Below are positions 20,453 to 30,383 of a DNA stretch of 64,000 nt, piece after piece. The notes beneath the pieces were generated by a model. It saw only the letters and a program-made list of their open reading frames with translations, did no database searches and had not been told where the DNA came from. The DNA comes from an uncultured delta proteobacterium. Lineage in GTDB: Bacteria > Desulfobacterota > RBG-13-43-22. The stretch's first letter is position 1. Every line of letters starts with the position of its first letter. Position numbers and translations under genes: made by a program. The DNA lies in the NCBI GenBank assembly GCA_963790475.1, contig CAWBOS010000006.1, positions 352,001 to 416,000 on the forward strand, written 5' to 3'.

Positions 20453-20884
20453 ATGGCTTCAGTAAACAAGGTCATTTTAATCGGAAACCTCGGGGCTGAT
20501 CCAGAACTGCGATATACAGCCACAGGAACGGCAGTAGCCAATTTCAATATGGCGACTAAGGATTCGTGGACCGGCAAGGACGGTAACAAAGAAGAACGTA
20601 CTGAATGGCATCGGGTGGTGGCCTGGGCCCGCTTGGGAGAAATCTGCGGCGAGTATCTGACCAAAGGAAAACAGGTCTATATCGAAGGAAAGCTGCGTAC
20701 GCGAAGTTGGGAAGACCGGGATGGAAATAAACGCTACACCACTGAAGTTCTGGCGCAGACCATGCAGATGTTGGGTTCGGTCGGGGACCGGGTTCCCGCC
20801 GAAAGGGAAGTAGGGGGTAAAGAATTTGGCGGTGGCGAACCACAGGGCGGGGGGCCTTTCCCCGAGGATGATATTCCTTTTTAA
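20453..20884 (+). CDS. ssb: Single-stranded DNA-binding protein
   Basis: [21 protein letters not shown]...TEWHRVV...EDDIPF; GGGGAG RBS before ATG 20453. Confidence 0.97.
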   Translation: MASVNKVILIGNLGADPELRYTATGTAVANFNMATKDSWTGKDGNKEERTEWHRVVAWARLGEICGEYLTKGKQVYIEGKLRTRSWEDRDGNKRYTTEVLAQTMQMLGSVGDRVPAEREVGGKEFGGGEPQGGGPFPEDDIPF

Positions 20885-21244
20885 GGGGTTCTTTTTACAA
20901 GAGGGTTTAATACAGATTGTAAGTAAGTTTTAGCGATTATTAAAATGCCTTTGGCCACGAATGTACCGAGAACCACAGACTTTTTTTCAGGCGGACATTC
21001 CCCGGGAATGCCTGCTCGCCCCAAAGGCCAGGCCGGAATCCAATTGAGGAGCCGTTAATCCGATCACATCCCGATTCTTTATCTTGTCTGCCTTGGATGT
21101 GGAAAAAATAAAGAGATTTTTCCATTTGTTCAAAAAAACTAAACTGATCGATTTTCAATTCCCTCGGACAAACCCAGTCCGAGGATCGTTTCACTTGAGC
21201 CAGAAGGAGAAGCCCCTTCCTTCCTTAAGCGATATATACATCAA

Positions 21245-21640
21245 TCACTCCTGAGATAACTCCTCCACCAGCCTCGAAAACTCCTCGGAATTACGATACT
21301 CCTGAAGATGCCTTTGGTATTCCAACCAGGATTTCCAGATCCCCAGCCAGGTCTGGTTATGATAATATTCCTGGCCGGACACCGGGGATCGGCCGGAGAC
21401 CAATTCCTGAAAAAGGCGGTATTCCTCCCAACATCCCGGGCAAAGCCTTAGGGGCAAAATCTCGGAGATGATCTGCGGCTGGGGCACTTCCAATTGGGAC
21501 CCACATTTGGCGCACTTGTGCGGACAGGCCGTGCACTGCATGACCATCCGGAAGGAATCCGTTCTTTGTTTTTTTTCTTTGGAAAGGATCCCTTCCTTCT
21601 GCTTGCGCAGGCGGTCCTGGAAAGGAATGATATCGGCCAT
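21245..21640 (-). CDS. Hypothetical Cys-rich (putative metal-binding) protein
   Basis: CTACPHKCAKC and LCPGC; starts 1 nt after the hemA stop. Confidence 0.7.
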   Translation of the reverse strand: MADIIPFQDRLRKQKEGILSKEKKQRTDSFRMVMQCTACPHKCAKCGSQLEVPQPQIISEILPLRLCPGCWEEYRLFQELVSGRSPVSGQEYYHNQTWLGIWKSWLEYQRHLQEYRNSEEFSRLVEELSQE

Positions 21641-21641
21641 T

Positions 21642-22922
21642 TTAATCTTCCTCCTTTCCTCTATCTAAATTGAATATTTTCTGAATCCGGTCGATCCTTT
21701 CATCTTTATGATCCTCATGCTCCGGTTTTTTCAGAAAAGAGATGGGATCATGCAGAATCTTGTTGATTATGGAATCGGTCATTTGCTCAATTGCTTTCTG
21801 TTGCTCAGGTGTTAAACTTTCCAGTACCGGACTGGTTTTTTTCCATTCCCCTTGCCGAATACCTTCTATCTTATTCCGCAGGGAAATGATGGTCGGAACG
21901 ACCTCCAGCTGATTCAGCCAGGAGCCGAACTTGATCCCTTCTTCCTGAACGATCCTTTCGGCTTGCAAGGCCTCCTGTTTTCTAACGACCATGTTCTGCT
22001 GAACGATCCCCTGGAGATCATCGATATCGTACAGGTAGACATTATCCATTTGATTGATGCTGGGATCAATATCCCGGGGTACGGCGATATCGATGAAGAA
22101 CAAGGGCCTTTGTTTTCTTTGCTTCATGATACTCTTAACCTGTGGAAAAAGGATAACCATCTCCGGAGCCCCGGTAGAACTGATAACAATATCACTTTCA
22201 AACAAGGCCGAGGGGATCTCTTCCAGGGAAATGGCTTGTCCCTGCCATCGCTTAGCCAGTTCCATGGCCCGTTCCAGGGTCCGGTTGGCCACGACGAATT
22301 TCCGGACCCGGTTGTTCAAGAGGTGCTCAGCCGCCAACTCGGCCATCTCTCCGGCCCCGATCAACAGGACTTTTTTCCCGGACAGGTCTTGAAAAATCTT
22401 TTTGGCCAGTTCGACGGCGGCAAAACTAACTGATACGGCAAGGCTGGCAATTCCGGTTTCGGTTCGGATTCGTTTGGCTACGGAAAAGGTCTTGTGAAGC
22501 AGGCGATTGAGGATGACCCCGGTGGTATGACTGCAGACGGCCTCTCGATAGGCCTCTTTAATCTGACCCAGGATCTGAGGTTCTCCGATAACCATGGAGT
22601 CCAAACCGGCGGCTACCCGAAAAAGGTGTTGAATGGCTTTCTCGGCTCTCAAGACATAAATCTCCGCTATAAAATCCGAAGGAGATTCTTGAATGCCCAA
22701 GGCCCAGTAATCCAGCAGTTCCCGGATAGTCCGGTCCGGCTCTTCCGAGGTAAACAGGAACTCAACCCGGTTACAAGTGGTCAGGAGGAGGGTTTCCATA
22801 AGCCCCGGGGTTTCTTTGATCGGCGGGGGGACCGGTCCATTTTGGGTTAAAAAACCGGCCAGACGTTCCCGCAATTCCACGCCAGCGGTGATATGATTAA
22901 GGCCGATGACCACGATTTCCAA
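21642..22922 (-). CDS. hemA: Glutamyl-tRNA reductase
   Basis: TTCNRVE, GLDSMVIGEPQILGQIK, GAGEMA and DIAVPRDI. Confidence 0.97.
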   Translation of the reverse strand: MEIVVIGLNHITAGVELRERLAGFLTQNGPVPPPIKETPGLMETLLLTTCNRVEFLFTSEEPDRTIRELLDYWALGIQESPSDFIAEIYVLRAEKAIQHLFRVAAGLDSMVIGEPQILGQIKEAYREAVCSHTTGVILNRLLHKTFSVAKRIRTETGIASLAVSVSFAAVELAKKIFQDLSGKKVLLIGAGEMAELAAEHLLNNRVRKFVVANRTLERAMELAKRWQGQAISLEEIPSALFESDIVISSTGAPEMVILFPQVKSIMKQRKQRPLFFIDIAVPRDIDPSINQMDNVYLYDIDDLQGIVQQNMVVRKQEALQAERIVQEEGIKFGSWLNQLEVVPTIISLRNKIEGIRQGEWKKTSPVLESLTPEQQKAIEQMTDSIINKILHDPISFLKKPEHEDHKDERIDRIQKIFNLDRGKEED

Positions 22923-22924
22923 AA

Positions 22925-23788
22925 TTAAATCCTTTTTTCAGGGGCCGGGCTTTGAACGGCCGGGGCCTCAAAGGCTGAAAAACTATGATAACCCTTAACC
23001 AGATAATTCACGCCTAAGAAGGAAAAAATCAAAATAAGGAACCCGATAATGGAGATCATGGCTGAACGCCGGCCGCGCCATCCGGACACCAGACGACCGT
23101 GCAGCAAAGCGGCATAAAGCAGCCAGGTGATCAGGGACCAGACCTCTTTGGGATCCCACCTCCAGAAGGTACCCAGGGTGTATTGGGCAAAGATCGATCC
23201 GCTGAGCATGCCCAAGGTTAGAAGAGGAAATCCGATAATCAGGCAGTTGTAGTTCAAGGAATCCAGGACCTCCAGGGAGGGCAGCCGATGATATAGACGC
23301 CCTAATCGCTTGGATTTGATCTGACGTTCCTGGATGAGGTACATGACCCCGGCAAAAAAGGCAACGGCGAAAGCCCCGTTGCCGGCAAAGATGATCCCAA
23401 TGTGAACCATCAACCAAAGGTTTTGCAGTAAAGGGCTGACCGGTCCGCTTTGATGGGGAAGAAAGGAGGAACTGATCATCATCACTGCGGCCAGGGGAGA
23501 AAGAAAAGAGCCCAGGACAAGGATGTTGAAGCGAATCTGGATGATCAGGTATACGCCAATGATCGCCCAGGCAAAAAACGATAAGGACTCCCGCAAATCA
23601 TGAACCGGTAAGTATCCGGTTTCAATGGTCCAAAGGCTGATGCTTAAGGTGTGCGCTAAAAATCCCAAAAGGAGAAGGCCATGAGAAATCCGGGCCATGG
23701 GTTTGATTTGAAAGACGATAAACAAAATGTATCCCAGGGTGCCCAATAAATAGAGACTTAATGCGCCTTTAAAAAAGAAAATGGCCAT
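22925..23788 (-). CDS. ccsA: Cytochrome c assembly protein CcsA/CcsB (HemX-like)
   Basis: WWD-like motif FWRWDPKEVWSLITW, LPSLEVLD and GYHSF; multiple TM. Confidence 0.88.
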   Translation of the reverse strand: MAIFFFKGALSLYLLGTLGYILFIVFQIKPMARISHGLLLLGFLAHTLSISLWTIETGYLPVHDLRESLSFFAWAIIGVYLIIQIRFNILVLGSFLSPLAAVMMISSSFLPHQSGPVSPLLQNLWLMVHIGIIFAGNGAFAVAFFAGVMYLIQERQIKSKRLGRLYHRLPSLEVLDSLNYNCLIIGFPLLTLGMLSGSIFAQYTLGTFWRWDPKEVWSLITWLLYAALLHGRLVSGWRGRRSAMISIIGFLILIFSFLGVNYLVKGYHSFSAFEAPAVQSPAPEKRI

Positions 23789-23794
23789 AGGTCC

Positions 23795-24499
23795 TCACGG
23801 AAAGGAAGGGAGCTGTTGGTTTAATATTTGGGTCAATTTGGACCGGGGGAAAGGCGGATCCAGGAGCTGGTCCATAAGATCATACAGGGCTTCAAAATTT
23901 CCGGTCTCCAGCCAGGATAAAACAGAAGAATCGACCAGGGTTTGGAAAATTTGTTGGTTTTCCTGCTGAGACAGGTTGCGGGCCAGAACCTCGGTGCGAA
24001 TTTGACCCAACAATTCCAGATACAGGCCGTAGATTTCAGGAAAAGCCCTTTCCAGGTCCTGGCGAATTTTTTTAGCCAGGGCCGGACTTTTCCCGGCCGT
24101 GGAGACGGCAATAGTCAAGTCCCCCCTTGAAACCAGGGAAGGGAGGATAAAGTTGCATTCCTGGGGTTTGTCAACAATATTACACAGTATCCCGCGGGCC
24201 CGCGCTTCCCGGCCTATTTTCCCGTTAAGGTTCGGATCATCGGTGGCACTGACAACCAAGAACTTCCCCGGCAGGTGTTCGGTTTGATAGTCCGGGGCAA
24301 GAAGCTGAATCCGGCCCTGGCGTACCTCTTCTTCCAGATAAGGAGTCAGTTCCCGGCTGATCAGAAAAACTTTGGCGGCGCAGGATTGCAGGGTTTTTAC
24401 CTTTCTTTCCCCCACCTGCCCTCCCCCGATCACCAAACAGGGGAGATTTTGTAAATCCAAAAAAACAGGATAGTAGCGCATGAATATCTCACTGGTCAT
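23795..24499 (-). CDS. Precorrin-2 dehydrogenase/ferrochelatase (SirC / CysG N-terminal type)
   Basis: YYPVFLDL...IGGGQVGERK, NIVDKP...CNFILPS, STAGKSPALAKKIR; alternative start at ATG 24481. Confidence 0.92.
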   Translation of the reverse strand: MTSEIFMRYYPVFLDLQNLPCLVIGGGQVGERKVKTLQSCAAKVFLISRELTPYLEEEVRQGRIQLLAPDYQTEHLPGKFLVVSATDDPNLNGKIGREARARGILCNIVDKPQECNFILPSLVSRGDLTIAVSTAGKSPALAKKIRQDLERAFPEIYGLYLELLGQIRTEVLARNLSQQENQQIFQTLVDSSVLSWLETGNFEALYDLMDQLLDPPFPRSKLTQILNQQLPSFP

Positions 24500-24549
24500 T
24501 TTAGTTCGAAAATAGATTTTTAACCACCCTTGCCCTCTGTTAGGGCTCT

Positions 24550-24578
24550 GTAGGGGCGGGTTTGAAACCCGCCCCTAC
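24550..24578. repeat. GTAG-type REP-like palindrome
   Basis: GTAGGGGCGGGTTT-G-AAACCCGCCCCTAC, perfect 14-bp arms starting with GTAG. Confidence 0.75.
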
Positions 24579-24725
24579 GACGTCGGAATTTTCATGATTC
24601 GTGGCGCCCCGGTAGAGGCATGAAGGTTTAACGTATAAATATTACCATGAATCGCTTTCTTGTCAACTTTTACCCTGAAGAACCAATACTTGAAAATTAA
24701 AATGGAATAGTGTATTTAATAAATT

Positions 24726-26270
24726 ATGGCTACTGAATTACTGATCAATGCCCGTTCCTATGAAACCCGGGTGGCGCTTATTGAAAACAATATCCTGGCC
24801 GAGCTCCATGTCGAAAGACCCAGCCGTTACAGTCTGGCCGGTAATATCTATAAAGGCAAGGTCGTCCGGGTCCTGCCCGGGATGCAGGCGGCCTTTGTCG
24901 ATATCGGTCTGGAAAGGGCGGCCTTTCTCTATATTACCGATGTAACCGATAATTATGAAGAATTCGAAGCCATGATGAAGGAGGAGGAGGAAGACCGCGA
25001 GGAAGGTCTAAGCGATCCGGAAGAAGAACCGGAGGAAAAAGCAACCTCCCGTCAACCTTATTTTAATATTGAGGACCTGCTCAATGAAGGACAGGAACTC
25101 CTGGTCCAGGTTGTCCGGGAACCGCTTGGTTCGAAAGGGGCCCGGATCACCACCCATATCTCCCTGCCCGGTCGTCATTTGGTCTTGATGCCCACCATGG
25201 ATCATATAGGCATATCCCGACGCATTGAAGATGAAACGGAGCGTAAGAAACTGAGGGAACTTTTAAGTGAGATCAAGCCGGATGGATTCGGATTGATTGC
25301 CAGGACGGCCAGCGAAGGGGCACTCAAAGATAAAGACAAGATCAAGACCGAAATGGATTTTCTGATCAAGCTTTGGAACAACATCCAACAAAAAATGCCC
25401 CGGGCCGCCATGTCCAGCTTGATTCATCAGGACCTGAATATTACCCTCCGGGCGGTCAGGGACCTCTTTACCAAGGAAGTGGATCGTCTGGTAATCGATT
25501 CCCAGCCGGAATACGAGCAGATTCTCCAATTTATCGATACCTTTATGCCCAAGCTGAAACATCTGGTCCACTTCTACGAAGGGAAGGAACCCCTTTTTGA
25601 CGGCTATGGCATCGAAGTGGAAGTGGGACGCGCCCTGGGCAAAAAGGTCTGGTTGAAATCAGGCGGCTATATCGTGATTGAGGCTACCGAGGCTTTGACT
25701 TCCATCGATGTCAATACCGGTCGTTATGTGGGCAAAAGGAATTTGGAAGAAACCATTCTCAAGACTAATCTGGAGGCGGTTAAAGAGATTGCCTACCAGT
25801 TGCGTTTACGCAATATCGGCGGATTGGTGGTTATCGATTTTATCGATATGGAAAAAAAGAGCGACCGGGAAAAGGTTTTCAATGCCCTGAAAGAGGCCCT
25901 GAAACGGGATAAGAATAAGACCAATGTGCTTAAGATGTCCGAACTGGGTCTGATTGAAATGACCAGGAAACGAACGCGTGAAAATCTGACTCGGCTTTTC
26001 CGGGAACCGTGTTTCTATTGCGAAGGGGAAGGCTGGTTGAAGTCCAAGAATTCCCTTTGTTATCAAATCTTCCGGCAGATTGAGCGCGAGGCCTGGGAAA
26101 TCCCGGCAGACAACCTGACCCTGCAAGTCCATCCGGAGATCGCCGGCCTGCTTCTGGATGAAGAGCATCCGGCCATGGAAGAACTGGAAAAACGGATCGG
26201 CAAGAGGATCTCCGTGGAGTCCAAGGAAACCATGCACCTGGAACAATTTAAAATTACCAATGAAAAATAA
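24726..26270 (+). CDS. rng: Ribonuclease G (RNase E/G family)
   Basis: GNIYKGKVVRVLPGMQAAFVDIG, IDVNTG, RLRNIGGLVVIDFIDM and CFYC; no long C-terminal tail. Confidence 0.95.
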   Translation: MATELLINARSYETRVALIENNILAELHVERPSRYSLAGNIYKGKVVRVLPGMQAAFVDIGLERAAFLYITDVTDNYEEFEAMMKEEEEDREEGLSDPEEEPEEKATSRQPYFNIEDLLNEGQELLVQVVREPLGSKGARITTHISLPGRHLVLMPTMDHIGISRRIEDETERKKLRELLSEIKPDGFGLIARTASEGALKDKDKIKTEMDFLIKLWNNIQQKMPRAAMSSLIHQDLNITLRAVRDLFTKEVDRLVIDSQPEYEQILQFIDTFMPKLKHLVHFYEGKEPLFDGYGIEVEVGRALGKKVWLKSGGYIVIEATEALTSIDVNTGRYVGKRNLEETILKTNLEAVKEIAYQLRLRNIGGLVVIDFIDMEKKSDREKVFNALKEALKRDKNKTNVLKMSELGLIEMTRKRTRENLTRLFREPCFYCEGEGWLKSKNSLCYQIFRQIEREAWEIPADNLTLQVHPEIAGLLLDEEHPAMEELEKRIGKRISVESKETMHLEQFKITNEK

Positions 26271-26278
26271 GGGTATAG

Positions 26279-26422
26279 TGAGAGCCTTGAAAAATGTTCA
26301 ATTTTGGTCAAACTCAAGGAAGGCGAAAATTTTAACCACAGGAATACATGCAGTATTTCGAGGATTAAAAATTGAGTCTGACGTAGAGGTTGGGCAGAAG
26401 GGGACGTTTTTGATGGCTCTCA
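26279..26422. mobile_element. 144-bp palindromic MITE-like element, copy 1
   Basis: Ends TGAGAGCCTTGAAAAATGT ... ACGTTTTTGATGGCTCTCA (16/19 inverted match); colinear and similar to copy 2. Confidence 0.8.
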
Positions 26423-26432
26423 TTGTTTTTTC

Positions 26433-26462
26433 TTGACAGAGGAACAGCGTGTGAGTTAAATT
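26433..26462 (+). promoter_or_regulatory. Putative sigma70 promoter of the tRNA operon
   Basis: TTGACA at 26433 with TTAAAT/TAAATT 17-18 nt downstream, 14 nt before tRNA-Val. Confidence 0.6.
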
Positions 26463-26476
26463 TTTTAGCTTAAGCT

Positions 26477-26551
26477 GGGCGGGTAGCTCAGCGGGAGAGC
26501 ATCGGCCTTACAAGCCGAGGGTCACAGGTTCAAATCCTGTTCCGCCTACCA
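26477..26551 (+). tRNA. tRNA-Val (TAC)
   Basis: GGGCGGGTAGCTCAGCGGGAGAGC, anticodon loop CTTACAA, GGTTCAAATCC, encoded CCA. Confidence 0.96.
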
Positions 26552-26562
26552 TCTGCCAAACC

Positions 26563-26706
26563 TGAGACCTTTGAAAAATATTCAATTTTGGCCAAGGTCA
26601 AGGAAGGCGAAAATTTCAACCACAGGAATATATGTAATATTTCGAGGATTGAAATTTGAGCCTGACGGAGAGATTGGGCAAAAGGGGGCATTTTTCAAAG
26701 GTCTCA
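26563..26706. mobile_element. 144-bp palindromic MITE-like element, copy 2
   Basis: Perfect 17-bp terminal inverted repeat TGAGACCTTTGAAAAAT/ATTTTTCAAAGGTCTCA plus nested internal inverted repeats. Confidence 0.85.
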
Positions 26707-26711
26707 AAATC

Positions 26712-26788
<77 letters not shown>

Positions 26789-26796
26789 GTCATTAA

Positions 26797-26833
26797 AATT
26801 TCCCGGTCCGATTTAAATAAGGACCGGGAAATT
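26797..26833 (+). terminator. Hairpin after tRNA-Asp (probable terminator or processing signal)
   Basis: AATTTCCCGGTCC-11 nt-GGACCGGGAAATT, 13-bp perfect stem; weak U tract. Confidence 0.55.
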
Positions 26834-26954
26834 CAGATTGCTGGTATATTCCAACCTCTTTTTCTGCTTGACATTGTTTTGTCCATTTGAAATTCTGTTG
26901 AATATTCAAAAAATCTATGTTTGAATGGTTCATAATAAGATAAGGAGTTAAATT

Positions 26955-27803
26955 ATGCACGAAACCGTACCCACCAAATTTACCGGGGCCAAAAAATATG
27001 TCCTGGATGAGGAATTGGCCAAAATCGTTAATATTACCATGGGGCTGGAAATGCCTCTGCTGCTCAAAGGAGAGCCCGGCACCGGGAAAACCATGTTGGC
27101 CCACGCCATTTCCGAGGCCTTCGGCATGCGCTTGATAGTCCTTAATGTGAAGTCGAGCATGAAGCTGATCGATGCCCTGTATCAATATGATACCCTGACC
27201 CGTTTAAACGACAGCCGCTTCGGGGATTCCAGCCGGAATGTAAGCAACATTGAAGACTATATCAAGATGGGCAAAATCGGGCAGGCCTTTGTGGCCGATA
27301 AAAAAGTAGTCTTGCTGATCGATGAAATTGATAAGGCCGACACGGATTTTCAGGATGACATGCTGGATGTCCTGGATCAGATGGAGTTTGACATCATCGA
27401 GATTGATAAAACTATTCGGGCCATAAACCGGCCGGTCATTATTATCACTTCCAATGCCAAAAAAGACCTGTCCGACCCTTTCTTAGGCCGCTGCAACTTT
27501 CATCACATCGCCTTTCCGGAGCCGAGCATTATGAGAGAAATCCTCCATGTCCATTTTCCGAATATTGACCAGGACCTGTTGGATAGCGCGGTCCAGACCT
27601 TTTATCGCCTTCGGGATATCCGGGGAATAGAAAAGAAACCGGCCACCCGGGAATTGATCAACTGGATCCGGGCCCTGAAATCCGATCCAGATTTCAAAGT
27701 CAAGGACCTGATTAAAGGGGAAGTCCCTTTTTTGGGGGTGTTGTTTAAAAAGAGTCCGGATTATGTTGTGGCCCAGAATAGTGTGGGCCGGGTAAAAAGA
27801 TAG
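26955..27803 (+). CDS. MoxR-family AAA+ ATPase (CoxD-like)
   Basis: GEPGTGKT, LLIDEIDKAD, ITSNAKKDLSDPFLGRC and KKPATRELINW. Confidence 0.92.
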   Translation: MHETVPTKFTGAKKYVLDEELAKIVNITMGLEMPLLLKGEPGTGKTMLAHAISEAFGMRLIVLNVKSSMKLIDALYQYDTLTRLNDSRFGDSSRNVSNIEDYIKMGKIGQAFVADKKVVLLIDEIDKADTDFQDDMLDVLDQMEFDIIEIDKTIRAINRPVIIITSNAKKDLSDPFLGRCNFHHIAFPEPSIMREILHVHFPNIDQDLLDSAVQTFYRLRDIRGIEKKPATRELINWIRALKSDPDFKVKDLIKGEVPFLGVLFKKSPDYVVAQNSVGRVKR

Positions 27804-27816
27804 GTTCTGAATCGTT

Positions 27817-27897
27817 AGAATCCAGAAGTCAGAATCCAGAATAAACATCCCGAATTCATTATGGGTTCATCCTTATTCTGACTCCTGCCTCCTGGAT
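27817..27897. repeat. Inverted pair of heptamer tandem repeats
   Basis: AGAATCC AGAAGTC AGAATCC AGAATAA ... TTATTCTGACTCCTGCCTCCTGGAT. Confidence 0.7.
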
Positions 27898-27968
27898 ACC
27901 AAAGTTTGGTTGGAAACTGGAAAGGTTTATTACCACACCTTCAAGGGATAAAACCCAAGGATAGATCA

Positions 27969-29162
27969 ATGTTTGTAGATTTTTTTTATTTTCTGAAAAA
28001 AGTGGGGATCCCGGTTTCACCGACCTCATTTTTGAGGTTGCAGAAGGCCCTTGGTATGGGATTAGTCAATTCCCTGGATGACTTTTATATCGCCGCCCGG
28101 ACCGTTCTGGTCAAGAGTGAACGCTATTTTGATCTATACGATCAAGCTTTTGCCCACCACTTTCGCGGAGTCGAATTTAAAGAAGGGGACGAATTCGAAT
28201 TGGACGAATTGGCCCGGGCGTTATTGGAACAGTGGCTTAAAAAACCGGAGGATGTGGCCCAGGCCTTGGGGGTGGATGAAGAGGAACTGAAAAAATTAAC
28301 CCCTGAGGAATTGCTCCAATATTTCCTGGACCGGTTAAAGGAACAAACTGAGGCCCATCACGGGGGCGATAAATGGATCGGGACCAGCGGGACTTCTCCG
28401 GTGGGCCATTCCGGTACGCACCCGGGAGGGATGCGGGTGGGCGGCACGGGGGGCGGTAAGTCCGCCGTTAAAGTGGCCCTGGACCGGAGATACAGGGACT
28501 ATTCCCAGGAAGGTCCCCTTACCCAGTCTCAGGTCGGAGAAGCCTTGAAACGACTCCGGCATATGATTCCGGTTGGTCCCAGGGATACCGTCAATATCGA
28601 CAAAACCATTTATGAAACCATGAAAAATGCCGGGGAAATTGAGATTATTTTTGACCAGAGTCTCAAAAACCGGCTCAAGGTGATTCTGGCTATTGATAAC
28701 GGCGGCTGGTCCATGGACCCGTATGTCGATCTGGTCCAAACCCTTTTTAATTATGCCCGGGACCAGTTCAAGGACCTGAAAACATTTTTCTTCCATAACA
28801 CCATTTACGACTATCTCTGGGAAGATGCGCCGAGACGCGCCAAACCCTTGGCCACCGATCACCTGATCCGTCTGGATCCGGAGACGCGGTTTATTATCGT
28901 CGGCGATGCCAGTATGGCCCCTTATGAATTGCTGGGTAATGACGGCTACATTTATGTCGGAGAGCGCTCCGGCCGGCCCAGTTACGAAAGGCTGAAGTTC
29001 ATTGCCGATACCTTCACCCGAGCCATTTGGATTAATCCCGTTTTGGAAAAGGATTGGTCCTACACCCGGACCATCAACCAGATTCGGGAGATTTTTCCCA
29101 TGTTCGAATTGACCCTGGACGGTCTGGAAAAGGCCGTAACCCACATGATGTCCAAACACTAG
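27969..29162 (+). CDS. VWA-domain protein (CoxE-like partner of MoxR)
   Basis: HHGGDKWIGTSGTSP, MIDAS-like DNGGWSM, FFHNTIY and VGDASMAPYEL; start placed at MFVDFFY. Confidence 0.88.
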   Translation: MFVDFFYFLKKVGIPVSPTSFLRLQKALGMGLVNSLDDFYIAARTVLVKSERYFDLYDQAFAHHFRGVEFKEGDEFELDELARALLEQWLKKPEDVAQALGVDEEELKKLTPEELLQYFLDRLKEQTEAHHGGDKWIGTSGTSPVGHSGTHPGGMRVGGTGGGKSAVKVALDRRYRDYSQEGPLTQSQVGEALKRLRHMIPVGPRDTVNIDKTIYETMKNAGEIEIIFDQSLKNRLKVILAIDNGGWSMDPYVDLVQTLFNYARDQFKDLKTFFFHNTIYDYLWEDAPRRAKPLATDHLIRLDPETRFIIVGDASMAPYELLGNDGYIYVGERSGRPSYERLKFIADTFTRAIWINPVLEKDWSYTRTINQIREIFPMFELTLDGLEKAVTHMMSKH

Positions 29163-29182
29163 TCAAAGATTTTTGAAATTCC

Positions 29183-29272
29183 GGAATCCAGGAGCCAGGA
29201 CGCAGAATTCAGAATGAGGATGAATCGAAAAAAAGATTTGTGGTTTATTCCGGATTTTGACTCCTGGATTCC
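29183..29272. repeat. Inverted pair of heptamer tandem repeats
   Basis: GGAATCC AGGAGCC AGGACGC AGAATTC AGAAT ... TTTTGACTCCTGGATTCC. Confidence 0.65.
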
Positions 29273-29365
29273 ATCCCTGGCAAAAAATTAAAACAGGTAA
29301 GTATATTATACGGAATAAATCCTCAGACTGAACATAGGTCAGAATTGAATTCAAGGGATCATCCG

Positions 29366-29587
29366 ATGAATGGCAAAAATCGGGTTGATATCCGACCCGG
29401 AGCCCGGGTACGGGTGGTACAGAAACAGGATCAGCCTTCCGGGAAACTCACCGAAGGAATCGTCAAGGATATCCTTACCAAATCTCCTAATCATCCCCAT
29501 GGAATCAAAGTGCGCCTGACCAGCGGCGTAATTGGCCGGGTGAAAACGATCCTTCTCGAAAGCCGGGGGGAGGAATTATTTTTATAG
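29366..29587 (+). CDS. YwbE (DUF2196) family protein
   Basis: VVQKQDQPSGKLTEGIVKDILTKSPNHPHGIKVRLTSGVIGRV. Confidence 0.85.
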   Translation: MNGKNRVDIRPGARVRVVQKQDQPSGKLTEGIVKDILTKSPNHPHGIKVRLTSGVIGRVKTILLESRGEELFL

Positions 29588-29694
29588 AACCGGGAGCGCT
29601 TAGACAACGAATCACTGAAATATCCAGACGGCCGGCAAGGGAAAGAAGCTTTTAATCAAATCACCTGAAAACAGGTCTAAAGAATCGAACCGAA

Positions 29695-29964
29695 ATGCCT
29701 TCCCTAATCATCCTCAAGGGGGAAATTACGCTTCATAACCTGGATTGGTTGAACGATCAGCTCCTGTCGGCCCTTCAGGATCGAGGAGATGTATCCTTCT
29801 CCTGCAACAACTTGGATTACTTAGACACCGCGGCCTTTCAACTCTTGGTTTCATTTAAAAAGTCCCTTGAAAACCGTTCGCTTATTTTTCAAGATGTCCC
29901 TAGGGAGATCATTAAAATGGCGGATCTGCTGGGTTTGACCCCTTTTCTCAAGTTAGGAGGATAA
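29695..29964 (+). CDS. STAS-domain protein
   Basis: LKGEIT...LDYLDTAAFQLL...ADLLGL; first gene of the che operon. Confidence 0.85.
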   Translation: MPSLIILKGEITLHNLDWLNDQLLSALQDRGDVSFSCNNLDYLDTAAFQLLVSFKKSLENRSLIFQDVPREIIKMADLLGLTPFLKLGG

Positions 29965-29970
29965 CCGATC

Positions 29971-30348
29971 ATGGACCGAGATATTCTGATTGTCGATGAT
30001 TCCCCGACCCTTCGGACCTCCCTGGGCTTCTGTCTGGAAAATGCCGGTTATCAAATCGTTCAGTCGGAAAACGGTCAGGACGGTTTGGACACATTGGCCC
30101 GACTTAAGGAAGAGGGGAAAACCATATCCTTGATCATCACCGATATCAACATGCCGATTATGGATGGCATTCGTTTTATTCAGGAAGTCAAGGAAACTTC
30201 CTTCCGGTTTGTCCCCATTTTGGTTTTGAGTACCGAAACCGAGAGAAGCTTGAAAGATCAGGCCAAGGCCGCCGGGGCCGCCGGTTGGCTGGCTAAACCT
30301 TTCCGTCCGGAGCAACTGCTTTGGGTCGTAAAAAAATTTATCAGGTAA
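29971..30348 (+). CDS. cheY: CheY-like response regulator
   Basis: ILIVDDS, ITDINMPIMDG, LSTE and GWLAKPF. Confidence 0.9.
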   Translation: MDRDILIVDDSPTLRTSLGFCLENAGYQIVQSENGQDGLDTLARLKEEGKTISLIITDINMPIMDGIRFIQEVKETSFRFVPILVLSTETERSLKDQAKAAGAAGWLAKPFRPEQLLWVVKKFIR

Positions 30349-30383
30349 GATAAATTTTAGCTATCTTATCAGGAAACGGTGAT

